DNA of 39,188 bases from Thermoproteota archaeon (GTDB taxonomy: Archaea > Thermoproteota > Methanomethylicia > Methanomethylicales > JAGHCH01), in assembly GCA_021160575.1 (NCBI GenBank), contig JAGHCH010000075.1, positions 1 to 39,188 on the forward strand, read 5' to 3'. The notes beneath the pieces are model-generated. The model saw only the letters and a list, made by a program, of their open reading frames with translations. It was not told where the DNA came from and did no database searches. Shown here one piece after another: positions 32,232 to 39,188 of the stretch (its first letter is position 1; each line of letters starts with the position of its first letter). The position numbers were made by a program, and so were the translations under genes.

Positions 32232-32768
32232 GTGCCAGAAGTCCTCCTCCATTTTTCAATCCCATTTTCAGCCGTATTCTCCATTACTGGAAGGCTTCGC
32301 TACGCGTTTCTAGCAGGGGTTTTCGGCGTAATCCCAGACTTAGACATCCTCTTTGAAATTCATCGTTCTCCCACTCACTCCATTCCAGTACTCCTAGCAG
32401 TCGCCGTTCCCGTACTCGTCATGCTATCCTCGAGAAACAGCCGCTTCCTCAAAGCCTCGGAGATAGGGCTCTTCGGGATGCTATCCCATCCCATCCTAGA
32501 CCTCTTCGACGGCTACACCCCCATCCTCTGGCCTCTCTCCAGCTACTCCCCTTGGATTAAATTCTCAGTGGAGGCATACCTCTCAAGCACGCCCAGCCTC
32601 AACGTAGACTGCCAAGTGCTATGGCAACCTACAATCTTCCACCCTGTGGAAACCATAGGGGGAGTCCTAGTGACCCCTCTGGGAGCCGTCATCTCAGCCG
32701 CCCTAATGCTCCCTCCACTGGTAATGGTTGCCATCCACTACTACAAGTTCCTCAGAAGCCTCGACTAA
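32232..32768 (+). CDS. Membrane-bound metal-dependent hydrolase, DUF457/YdjM-like
   Basis: 178 aa and polytopic, with His/Asp motifs LHFSIPF, IPDLDILFEIHRSPTHS and SHPILDLFDG. Confidence 0.7.
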   Translation: MPEVLLHFSIPFSAVFSITGRLRYAFLAGVFGVIPDLDILFEIHRSPTHSIPVLLAVAVPVLVMLSSRNSRFLKASEIGLFGMLSHPILDLFDGYTPILWPLSSYSPWIKFSVEAYLSSTPSLNVDCQVLWQPTIFHPVETIGGVLVTPLGAVISAALMLPPLVMVAIHYYKFLRSLD

Positions 32769-33006
32769 CTCCTCTATATAGCGAGAAGAGCGCCCCTCAT
32801 TTTCTACAGAAGTTCCAATAGTGGTGTATCCCTCTATGGATGGGCCCCCAACACCTCGCAGAACTATATGAGCAGGTTCATGGAGGAAGCTACTGGTACC
32901 TCACCTACACACCAGCGCACATCCACGTCTATCCATATCCACCGCTGCCACCTTAACCCAAGTGTAGCGGCTTTTCCCACCTTTTTAGAACTCCCTCCCC
33001 GACGAG

Positions 33007-33732
33007 CTAAATAGCAAGCAAGTCTCGAGAAATAGGTCTCACCTCAACTCCCAGCCTCTCCGCAACTCCACGCGCCTTGAAGTCTATGAAGCCGCCCAAA
33101 ATCAGAAGCCTAGGCTTCACCCCAGTAACCCTACGGTAGAGTTCTCCAATACGGTAGAGCTCACTAACATCTCCTGCTGAAACTCTAGACTTCACCTCCA
33201 TAAGAATGTGAGCTTTGTCTCTGACCACCAGATCAACCTCCACGTCTGAGGCAGCACCATACACGAAGCCCTCTTCATCGCGGTAGCTCCACTTCTCCAC
33301 CTTAGCTGCGCCAAGCACCTCCTCCACAACATACTTCATAGCTTCACGGAAGCCAACCTCAGTCAAGATGCCGAACCGATGGCTGATCACAGTCAGCACA
33401 CGCCTATTCTCCCTCAACTCCTCCTCAACACGTGCAACTCTCTCCTCCAATCTCTGCTGTCTCTCCTCAAGCCTAGCGAAGTGTTCCTCCAACCGCTGTT
33501 GACGCTCCTCTAATCTAGCAAACTTCTCCTCCAACCTAGCAAAATGCTCCTCCAGTCTCTGCTGCCTTTCTTCAAGAGCCGCCTGCCTCTCCTCCAAAGC
33601 AGCTTGCCTTTCCTCCAGCCTAGCAAAGCGCTCAAGAAGCTCAGTAAACCCAAGCCTACCCATCACAGCATACCTAAACTCCCGATCCTCATCCAGCAGA
33701 CGGAGAAACTCCTCCTTAAGCTTCAACAACAA
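33007..33732 (-). CDS. Coiled-coil (DUF3782-like heptad array) protein with a C-terminal PD-(D/E)XK nuclease-fold domain (DUF1626/PDDEXK_10-like)
   Basis: 241 aa with about 11 consecutive heptads (LEERQAA, LEERQQR, LEEHFAR and so on). The C-terminal part is DVEVDLVVRDKAHILMEVKSRVSAGDV (D...E-V-K nuclease-like core). The TATA ctttatatag lies about 30 nt upstream of the TTG start. Confidence 0.8.
   Translation of the reverse strand: MLLKLKEEFLRLLDEDREFRYAVMGRLGFTELLERFARLEERQAALEERQAALEERQQRLEEHFARLEEKFARLEERQQRLEEHFARLEERQQRLEERVARVEEELRENRRVLTVISHRFGILTEVGFREAMKYVVEEVLGAAKVEKWSYRDEEGFVYGAASDVEVDLVVRDKAHILMEVKSRVSAGDVSELYRIGELYRRVTGVKPRLLILGGFIDFKARGVAERLGVEVRPISRDLLAI
33421..33636 (-). repeat. 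About ten tandem 21-nt (heptad) coding repeats
   Basis: The plus strand reads ctcctc/ttcctc every 21 nt. Identical heptads are encoded with different synonymous codons: LEERQQR appears as AGACAGCAGAGATTGGAGGAG, CGTCAACAGCGGTTGGAGGAA and AGGCAGCAGAGACTGGAGGAG (read in the order R-Q-Q-R-L-E-E). Confidence 0.9.
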
Positions 33733-33778
33733 ACCCTCAACACCACTAGAAACCTAGGCAGCTATATAAAGACACCAG

Positions 33779-34117
33779 CTAAATCCCCACCACCTTCAAC
33801 CTAGGCTTAACCTCAGCAATCCGCCTAAAATGCTCATCCACCGCAACTAAAGTGAGCTCTCTATTAACCGCCACAGCCGAAACAACTAAATCCACAGCTG
33901 GAACAGGTACTCCCCGCCTCCGCAGCTTCACCTGCAAAGAAAATGCTAACTCATAGTCTGCTCTACTTGGATAGATGATTTCAAGGCCCAGAACAGCCGC
34001 AGGAGGATGCTCCACCACATTCAAAGCTGTAGTATAGCCTGAAAGCCTCCTAACCCTCCGCACAGCATGAAGCTCCACTAACGCGCTTGTATCGTAGAGC
34101 TTCGCACCCGCCTCCAC
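33779..34117 (-). CDS. vapC: PIN-domain ribonuclease (VapC-type toxin)
   Basis: 112 aa with acidic residues in PIN positions (KLYDTSAL, VPAVDLVV, VAVDEHF). GTG start immediately preceded by an in-frame TGA. Confidence 0.8.
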   Translation of the reverse strand: MEAGAKLYDTSALVELHAVRRVRRLSGYTTALNVVEHPPAAVLGLEIIYPSRADYELAFSLQVKLRRRGVPVPAVDLVVSAVAVNRELTLVAVDEHFRRIAEVKPRLKVVGI

Positions 34118-34164
34118 TCAGCCTCACCAACCCGCCTCTGGAACTCCACTTCCCCTGCGGAGGC

Positions 34165-34359
34165 TCAAACAAAACATCCTCCTTTAAGCCAGCTCTCTTC
34201 AAGAACTCCTCTCCTCTCTCCACATCCCTCCCCCTCGAGGCGGTCGAGAAAATCCTCAATAGCTCTTCTAACAACCTCACTCCACCTAACCTCCGGATGT
34301 TTCCTCATACGCTCTCGCAGCTCCCTAGGAATGCGAACCGTAAGGTTCTCGCTAACCAT
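34165..34359 (-). CDS. vapB: VapB-type antitoxin (small DNA-binding protein)
   Basis: 64 aa from ATG 34359: MVSENLTVRIPRELRERMRKHPEVRWSEVVRRAIEDFLDRLEGEG... This is the pattern common to archaeal PIN-associated antitoxins. The longer ORF-track version (to 34512) lacks protein-like character. Confidence 0.6.
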   Translation of the reverse strand: MVSENLTVRIPRELRERMRKHPEVRWSEVVRRAIEDFLDRLEGEGCGERRGVLEESWLKGGCFV

Positions 34360-34431
34360 CACATGCTCCCACATACATTCAAATAAGAGCACGACATATA
34401 AAGCACAGTAGCCAAACCAGGAGAAGCTCCA

Positions 34432-34725
34432 ATGAATTTCATAAAACCCCACAAAGAAGGGGTCCTCCTCACCATACACGTCAAACCCTCCTCTCCTCGA
34501 AGAGGCATCCACCTAGACCCACAAACACAACAGCTAGAAGTACATGTTAAATCTCCGCCACACAGAGGAAAAGCCAACCAAGAAGCCATAAAACTCCTAG
34601 CCAAACACCTCAAAATCCCCCAAACAAATATCACCATAGTAGCTGGGCACCACCAACCCACCAAAACTCTCCTCATAAGAGGAGTAACCATTTCTCATCT
34701 CGAAGAGCTTCTAGCTTCGCTTTAA
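34432..34725 (+). CDS. YggU/DUF167 (UPF0235) family protein
   Basis: LLTIHVKPSSPRRGI...LEVHVKSPPHRGKANQEAIKLLAKHLKIPQTNITIVAGHHQPTKTLLIRG is the typical DUF167 pattern. Confidence 0.85.
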   Translation: MNFIKPHKEGVLLTIHVKPSSPRRGIHLDPQTQQLEVHVKSPPHRGKANQEAIKLLAKHLKIPQTNITIVAGHHQPTKTLLIRGVTISHLEELLASL

Positions 34726-34741
34726 CACCTCTAAAAAAGTT

Positions 34742-34779
34742 TTAGTGGTAGGGGTACCAATTAGTGGTAGAGGCACCAA
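34742..34779. promoter_or_regulatory. Tandem 19-nt direct repeat immediately upstream of the Arch_ATPase ATG
   Basis: ttagtggtaggggtaccaa (34742-34760) and ttagtggtagaggcaccaa (34761-34779) match at 17 of 19 positions. The first contains TGGTA-N4-TACCA. An A/T-rich palindrome CTAAAAaagTTTTAG (34731-34745) lies just upstream. The ATG is at 34783. Confidence 0.5.
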
Positions 34780-34782
34780 CAA

Positions 34783-35898
34783 ATGCTCTTCAGCCCAGCT
34801 CCCAAGGACAGCCGGGAAGATCTCTACGACCGGGAAGAAGAGCTAGACAGCCTCCTCCGCTTCCTCAACAACCCCCTAGGACCACTAGCCCTCATCCTAG
34901 GTCTGAGGCGCACCGGCAAAACTTCCCTCCTCAAGGTAGCCCTCAAAGAGCATGAAGGACTACACCTAGTCATAGATCTAAGAAAAGCCGAGGAGCAAGA
35001 GAAGCTCACCTATCGCAGCTTCATCGAACTTCTCCAAGACGCCATCAACAACATCTCCAGCAGAAAATGGCGGTCACAGCTTCTACAAGTACTCAGAGCG
35101 GTGAGAGGGGTTGAAATCCATGGTTTCAAAGTCTACCTAGCCTGGGGAGGGCGAAACAGAGTCTCTCTCCCCTTCATCCTCGAGCAGCTCAACGAGCTAG
35201 CAGCTCAAACTGGCACCGCCGCAGTGCTAGTTTTCGATGAAGCCCAAGAACTAGCTAGAATAGCTGGCTACCGCATAGACCGAATCCTCGCCTACGCCTA
35301 CGACCATCTCCGCCACCTCAAAATCATCCTCACTGGATCCAAGATCGGACTCCTCTACAGATTCATAGGCAGAGAAAACCCGGAAGCCCCCCTCTTCGGG
35401 AGAGCCACGTGGGACATCGAGCTCGCCTACTTCACCAAACAGCAATCACTCGAATTCCTCCAGCGCGGCTTCGAGCAAGTCAACATCAAAGTGGATCAAC
35501 AGCTTCTTCACCAAGCAGTAGAAAGGCTCAATGGAGTCCCCGGATGGCTCACCCTCTTCGGCTATCTCTCCCTTCAAAAGCCGCCGAAAACAGCCCTCAA
35601 ACAAGCAGAGCGGACAGCAGCAACCCTATTAGCCAACGAGCTGGAGAACTTCCTCAAGCTTCGGCCACAAGCCAGAAAGCGATACCTAGCAATCCTCAAA
35701 GCCATAGCACAGCAACCTGGCAGCTGGTCGCAGATCAAAAGAGCAGCTGAAGCAATCCTCGCCGAGCCCATCCCACCCAAAAACTACACCACCCTCCTCC
35801 ACAACCTACAGGACGCTGGCTTCATAGCTAAGACACCAGACAACAACTACCACCTCACAGACGCACTACTGGCTAAAGCCCTCGCCAAAATCAAGTAG
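34783..35898 (+). CDS. Archaeal ATPase (Arch_ATPase/PF01637-type AAA) with a C-terminal DUF234 winged-helix
   Basis: 371 aa. It opens REDLYDREEELDSLLRFL, then Walker A LILGLRRTGKTSLL and Walker B AVLVFDEAQEL, with a wH-like C-terminus. Confidence 0.9.
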   Translation: MLFSPAPKDSREDLYDREEELDSLLRFLNNPLGPLALILGLRRTGKTSLLKVALKEHEGLHLVIDLRKAEEQEKLTYRSFIELLQDAINNISSRKWRSQLLQVLRAVRGVEIHGFKVYLAWGGRNRVSLPFILEQLNELAAQTGTAAVLVFDEAQELARIAGYRIDRILAYAYDHLRHLKIILTGSKIGLLYRFIGRENPEAPLFGRATWDIELAYFTKQQSLEFLQRGFEQVNIKVDQQLLHQAVERLNGVPGWLTLFGYLSLQKPPKTALKQAERTAATLLANELENFLKLRPQARKRYLAILKAIAQQPGSWSQIKRAAEAILAEPIPPKNYTTLLHNLQDAGFIAKTPDNNYHLTDALLAKALAKIK

Positions 35899-35953
35899 AA
35901 AGCCCCAGCAGACCACTTAAAACTCGGAACTAGGGAAATTAACACCTAGGGAC

Positions 35954-36307
35954 GTGGCAGAAGTGAAGCTCATAATAGCCATCCCCACCAAAAACCGCGA
36001 AGGGCTAGAAGATGAAGTCTACGAGCTCTTCGCAAGAGCACCATACTTCACCATCATAGAGCTCTCAGAGGCGCAGCCACCACAACTCAAGGAAATCCTA
36101 GAAAACCAGTACAAAGACCTCCTCCACGGAGTAGGACCCCTAGTGCTGAAAACCCTCAAAGACAAGGGAGTAACCACCATAATGCTGCCAGAAGCCGGCA
36201 TAGGAGTAAAACAGCTAGCCAAAGAACTAGACATCCACCAAATAGAAGTAAAGCCAGGCATCAAAGTCCGCGACGCACTAAAAGAAGCACGCCAACATCC
36301 AACCTAG
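35954..36307 (+). CDS. NifB/NifX-family (dinitrogenase FeMo-cofactor-binding fold) small protein
   Basis: 117 aa with IAIPTKNREGLEDEVYELFARAPYFTIIEL...HGVGPLVLKTLKDKGVTTIML..GIGVKQLAKELDI. GTG start. Confidence 0.8.
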   Translation: MAEVKLIIAIPTKNREGLEDEVYELFARAPYFTIIELSEAQPPQLKEILENQYKDLLHGVGPLVLKTLKDKGVTTIMLPEAGIGVKQLAKELDIHQIEVKPGIKVRDALKEARQHPT

Positions 36308-36592
36308 CAAATACTCTCACCAAGCTTCAGATCTGACTCGCATATCGTAAAAGTCCTCCAGCCTCCTCTTCGGCTCCAAGCTAAAGTATCCCAAAACTAA
36401 CCCCCCTTAGTAACTAAACCCCCTAAGCTATAAAAAACTAATTGCAACTCTCCTCAAGCTGGTCAAACTCGGCTCCACACTTAAACTCCGCACAAAGAAA
36501 GCTTACCCCGACTTTGAGCTAAAGTGCCTAGAACGGTGAAAACCGCGCTGAAAGTCTCCGAGAATCTCCACATTGAAGATGCTTCAAAGCAT

Positions 36593-36625
36593 TTTGACAC
36601 CAAAGGGTATTGGTTTGACACCAAA
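36593..36625. promoter_or_regulatory. Two exact TTTGACACCAAA direct repeats 21 nt apart, upstream of the abrB-like gene
   Basis: The repeats are at 36593-36604 and 36614-36625. They are preceded by the palindrome ATGCTTcaAAGCAT (36579-36592) and followed by the TATA-like ttaaata (36627-36633). The ATG at 36655 would then be leaderless. Confidence 0.5.
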
Positions 36626-36654
36626 CTTAAATACCTTCTAAAGTACACCACGGT

Positions 36655-36849
36655 ATGGTGACTGCCATGAAAATTGAAATGAACGACGTTGAGTATGTGA
36701 CGGAGACCACTGTCACCATAAGGGGTTCAAGAAGGCGAACTACGGTGCCAAAAGTCATCGTAGATAAACTTGCAATCAAGGATAAAGACAGACTCCGGTG
36801 GATGCTCCTCAAGGACAAAACAATTCTCATCACAAAAGTCAGCAGATGA
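36655..36849 (+). CDS. AbrB/SpoVT/MazE-type (swapped-hairpin) DNA-binding protein
   Basis: 64 aa. TVTIRGSRRRTTVPKVIVDKLAIKDKDRLRWMLLKDKTILITKV fits the SpoVT-AbrB motif. Its stop is 6 nt before the TauE start. Confidence 0.7.
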   Translation: MVTAMKIEMNDVEYVTETTVTIRGSRRRTTVPKVIVDKLAIKDKDRLRWMLLKDKTILITKVSR

Positions 36850-36855
36850 CTTAAA

Positions 36856-37605
36856 TTGCTTGATTTATTCACGCTATGTGTATCGGCAGCAGCCTTCATA
36901 GCAGCTCTAATCGACACCTCCCTCGGCATGTGCTACGGCACCATCCTCGCACCAATTCTTCTAATAGCGGGATACCCCCCTGGAGTAACCGTCCCGACAA
37001 TACTCTTTTCTCAGCTAATTGTCGACATAGCGGGTGGCTTAACCCATGTCAAAGTCAAAAACTTCACCAAAAAAGATGTGAAAACAGCTCTACTCGTAGC
37101 TATTCCAGCAACAGTCCTCGTACCTCTCGGCGTATTCCTAAACATAAGTCTGCCCGTGATAGTCACCAAGACATACGTCGGTCTATTAGTCACCACCTTA
37201 GGGCTCCTACTCTTACTGGGAATAAGTTTCAAGAAGAGAAGTTCTAGTGGCCTTCTCTTGATATCCGGCATAGCGGGTTTCAACAAAGGGTTTATAGGCG
37301 GCGGCTTCGGCCCCGTCGTCGTGTCGGGGCAAGTAGTTTTCAATTACAATGATAGATCATCTGTTTCAATAGGTGACATTGCTGAAATTCCCGTATGCAT
37401 TGTCGGGTTATTAGCCTTCGCCTTGCAAGGCAAACTCACCTTCCTGCCAATCTACCTTGCTGTAACCATTCCAGCGTTAATAGCAGCTCTCATCGGACCA
37501 CACATAACGTTGGCATTCAGCAGAAAAGGGCTATTACGCAGTATAATAGGTGTAACAACCCTCCTCCTAGGCATCACGACTCTAATGAAAATCATCCTCG
37601 GTTGA
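36856..37605 (+). CDS. TauE/SafE (TSUP, DUF81) family anion exporter
   Basis: 249 aa with about 7 TM segments. The N-terminal AAAFIAALIDTSLGMCYGTILAPILL and the internal GFIGGGFGPVVV are the duplicated TSUP motifs. Confidence 0.85.
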   Translation: MLDLFTLCVSAAAFIAALIDTSLGMCYGTILAPILLIAGYPPGVTVPTILFSQLIVDIAGGLTHVKVKNFTKKDVKTALLVAIPATVLVPLGVFLNISLPVIVTKTYVGLLVTTLGLLLLLGISFKKRSSSGLLLISGIAGFNKGFIGGGFGPVVVSGQVVFNYNDRSSVSIGDIAEIPVCIVGLLAFALQGKLTFLPIYLAVTIPALIAALIGPHITLAFSRKGLLRSIIGVTTLLLGITTLMKIILG

Positions 37606-37834
37606 CATCCATGAAGACAAGGCTATCCAATACCGAATCAAAAACTGCTCTTCGTCGAATCACCAGTAAAACCTAACACTATATCCAAAGATACACCAGT
37701 TATCGTGCCAAAAACCTGTACAACACCAAAATAGTACGTAAAAGCACACTTCAATGCAGCAACCTCTAAAGCCTACGACACAGTTATACACGCCTCTCTC
37801 ATCAGCGCTGCGCGGGCACGTGAGGAGATCTCTG

Positions 37835-39188
37835 GTGAGCACCGTGAGCCAGTTACAGCTGCCAGATAAAGCCAAGAAGCTAGCCCTAGCCACCCTGCTT
37901 CTAGCCTCCCTAGTCATCAACATAGGCTTCTCCGGCTTAAGCCCAGTATTCCCCTACCTCATCCTAGCCCTCAAGGGAGTCCTCACCCAGCTACCAGAGC
38001 TAACCCTGCAAGCTATACCTGCTCACCAGGGAGCCATAGAGTTCGGCATCCTCATGGCAGCCTTCGTAGCCACCAGAGCCCCCATGGCACTCCTCTCCGG
38101 AACCCTCAGCGACCACCTAGGAAGAAAAAAGCTCATCCTCACTGGAATGACCCTCTACACTCTAGTATCCATAGGCTTCCTTATCTCCAACGACATTCCC
38201 ACCTTCACCCTCTTCAGAGCAGTACAAGGAATAGCCTCAGCCATGGTATGGCCAGTAGCAGAAGCCTACATCGCAGACATCACCACCTCCAAAACAAGGG
38301 GAAAAGCCATCTCGGCCTACATCACCACCATGAACATTGCTGAAATAGTGGGGCCAGCCATAGGAGTAATCATCTACAAAGCCTACATCGCCGCCTACGG
38401 CACAGCAGACGTAATAGCCGCCCTCAAATCACCCTTCATCTTCTTCGCAGCTACCAGCGTCATCTCAGCAATAATGCTCATCAAGCTGCCCAGCCTTCCC
38501 ACACCGAAAACCAGCGCTGAGACAGCCAGCCTTCACCTCAAAGCACTCCTAAAACATCTTCAACAACTACCCCCAGAAACCTCCAGAAGCATCAAAACCA
38601 TCTACGCCAACGGTGCCATGAACGGCATCTCCATGGGAATCATGCACACAGCCCTAGTCCTCTACATAGTAGAAGAAGTAGCCAAAGACCCCACAGCCCT
38701 AGGCATCCTCTTCTTCATAGTAGCAGCAGCAAGCCTACCCATCACCCTCGCCGCCGGCGCCATCAGCGACCACCTCGGAAAAAGAAAACCCCTCATCACA
38801 CTAGGCTACATTCTCTCAAGACCCACAGCCTTCATCATCCCCTTCCTCAAAGCCTTCCTCCACATCCTAATAGCAGCCACCTTCACCAGCTTAGCCTTTA
38901 GCCTTGCCATGCCCCTCATGAGAACCCTTCAAGCCGACCTCACCCCACAACAAATAAGAGGCACCATCTTCGGCGCCCAACAACTCTTCTTCAACTCCGG
39001 AATAGTCATAGGAGCACTCCTGGGAAGCATCCTAACCCAGCAATACGCCCCCCACCACTACACCATCCTAAACATCACCACCACCGGCTACATCATCCCC
39101 TTCTGGACCGTAGCCATCCTAGGCACCATCACCACCATCCTCCTCATCCTCTACATCACCGAAAAACCAGCAACCCGGCAGCAAATAC
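37835..39188 (+). CDS. MFS transporter, 3'-truncated by the window edge
   Basis: It is absent from the ORF track because no stop is reached. The frame is open from the TAA at 37766-37768 to the end, with candidate starts GTG 37820, 37835 and 37844. My translation is VSTVSQLQLPDKAKKLALATLLLASLVINIGFSG... MFS motif A occurs in both halves: LSGTLSDHLGRKKLIL and AAGAISDHLGKRKPLI. Confidence 0.8.
   Translation, partial: MSTVSQLQLPDKAKKLALATLLLASLVINIGFSGLSPVFPYLILALKGVLTQLPELTLQAIPAHQGAIEFGILMAAFVATRAPMALLSGTLSDHLGRKKLILTGMTLYTLVSIGFLISNDIPTFTLFRAVQGIASAMVWPVAEAYIADITTSKTRGKAISAYITTMNIAEIVGPAIGVIIYKAYIAAYGTADVIAALKSPFIFFAATSVISAIMLIKLPSLPTPKTSAETASLHLKALLKHLQQLPPETSRSIKTIYANGAMNGISMGIMHTALVLYIVEEVAKDPTALGILFFIVAAASLPITLAAGAISDHLGKRKPLITLGYILSRPTAFIIPFLKAFLHILIAATFTSLAFSLAMPLMRTLQADLTPQQIRGTIFGAQQLFFNSGIVIGALLGSILTQQYAPHHYTILNITTTGYIIPFWTVAILGTITTILLILYITEKPATRQQI

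Noticed and set aside
32840-32956. A 38-codon ORF (MGPQHLAELYEQVHGGSYWYLTYTPAHIHVYPYPPLPP) in the 238-nt gap between the DUF457 gene and the coiled-coil nuclease gene.
   Set aside because: It has no SD or TATA at a suitable distance, and I recognise no family. It is too short to separate from chance. It could be a gene remnant, but I cannot support it.
33421-33636. Whether the regular 21-nt repeats could be a CRISPR array or a non-coding satellite.
   Set aside because: The period is 21 nt with no spacers. The tract lies in frame within a 241-aa ORF and translates to perfect heptads. It is a coding coiled-coil repeat, not a CRISPR array. No CRISPR-like repeat-spacer structure occurs anywhere in the window.
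34359-34691. A 110-aa minus-strand ORF, plus the 5' extension of the vapB ORF to 34512.
   Set aside because: The region is antisense to the clearly recognisable YggU/DUF167 gene. The translations are Cys/Trp-rich and not protein-like. The vapB family pattern starts at ATG 34359.
34764-34955. A Pro/Arg-rich 63-aa ORF from GTG 34764 that overlaps the start of the Arch_ATPase gene.
   Set aside because: It is in an alternative frame of a gene with clear Walker motifs. Its low-complexity composition is typical of off-frame translation, and its start lies inside the tandem 19-nt repeats.
33007-36849. Calling the accessory stretch an integrated mobile element or provirus.
   Set aside because: I could not find an integrase, transposase, capsid-like gene, tRNA attachment site or flanking direct repeats by eye. 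Only a weaker statement (variable or accessory region) is retained as a finding.

Overview
This is a gene-dense archaeal chromosomal segment with about 46 CDS and roughly 90% coding. I found no rRNA, tRNA, CRISPR array, transposase or integrase.

**Likely source.** The evidence points to a (hyper)thermophilic member of Thermoproteota (Crenarchaeota/TACK); this is inference, not a database result.
- The protein families fit: two CdvB/ESCRT-III-like paralogues, an aKMT-like lysine methyltransferase, Arch_ATPase/DUF234, a DUF3782 plus PD-(D/E)XK protein, HEPN-MNT, VapBC, DUF134 and a DUF131-like protein.
- A/T-rich TATA boxes sit about 25-30 nt upstream of many starts, so many mRNAs are leaderless or have short leaders.
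- TTG and GTG starts are frequent.
- Gene packing is very tight, with ATGA/TAATG start-stop overlaps and convergent 3' overlaps.

**Content, left to right.**
- 0.2-3.6 kb: moaA, ESCRT-III paralogue A, a polytopic membrane protein and a HEPN-MNT pair.
- 3.7-7.0 kb: a membrane metallophosphoesterase, a zinc-ribbon/GNAT/ABC-ATPase fusion (COG2401-type) and an aKMT-like methyltransferase.
- 7.0-8.7 kb: small conserved genes (MTH1187/YkoF, DUF2111-like, YfcE, YjbQ).
- 8.8-14.3 kb: lutAB-like Fe-S genes, ESCRT-III paralogue B, DUF134, a DtxR-family regulator, an endonuclease IV-like protein and MscS.
- 14.7-23.5 kb: a co-directional envelope cluster.
  - A Tyr-rich anchored protein.
  - A 1092-aa Ig-repeat glycoprotein.
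  - A zinc-ribbon membrane protein.
  - PadR, followed by a 1270-aa MMPL/RND exporter with a giant ectodomain.
- 23.4-25.9 kb: DUF47-PiT and a nitrilase-family protein.
- 26.0-30.5 kb: PadR, a B12-type radical SAM protein, an FAD oxidoreductase and a DUF362 ferredoxin.
- 30.7-32.8 kb: an HhH-GPD glycosylase, a hypothetical protein and a DUF457 hydrolase.
- 33.0-36.8 kb: an accessory-looking stretch with a coiled-coil PD-(D/E)XK protein, VapBC, YggU, Arch_ATPase, a NifX-like protein and AbrB.
- 36.9 kb to the end: TauE/SafE and a truncated MFS transporter.

**Best candidates for something undescribed.**
1. The PadR-linked envelope cluster at 14.7-23.5 kb, which lies in the centre of the window.
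2. The phosphoesterase plus GNAT-ABC fusion pair at 3.7-6.5 kb.
3. The radical-SAM/FAD/DUF362 neighbourhood at 26-30.5 kb.

I also call one unannotated C/D-box sRNA candidate (14314..14371) and several operator-like repeats. All functional assignments come from motif recognition by eye, with no searches run.
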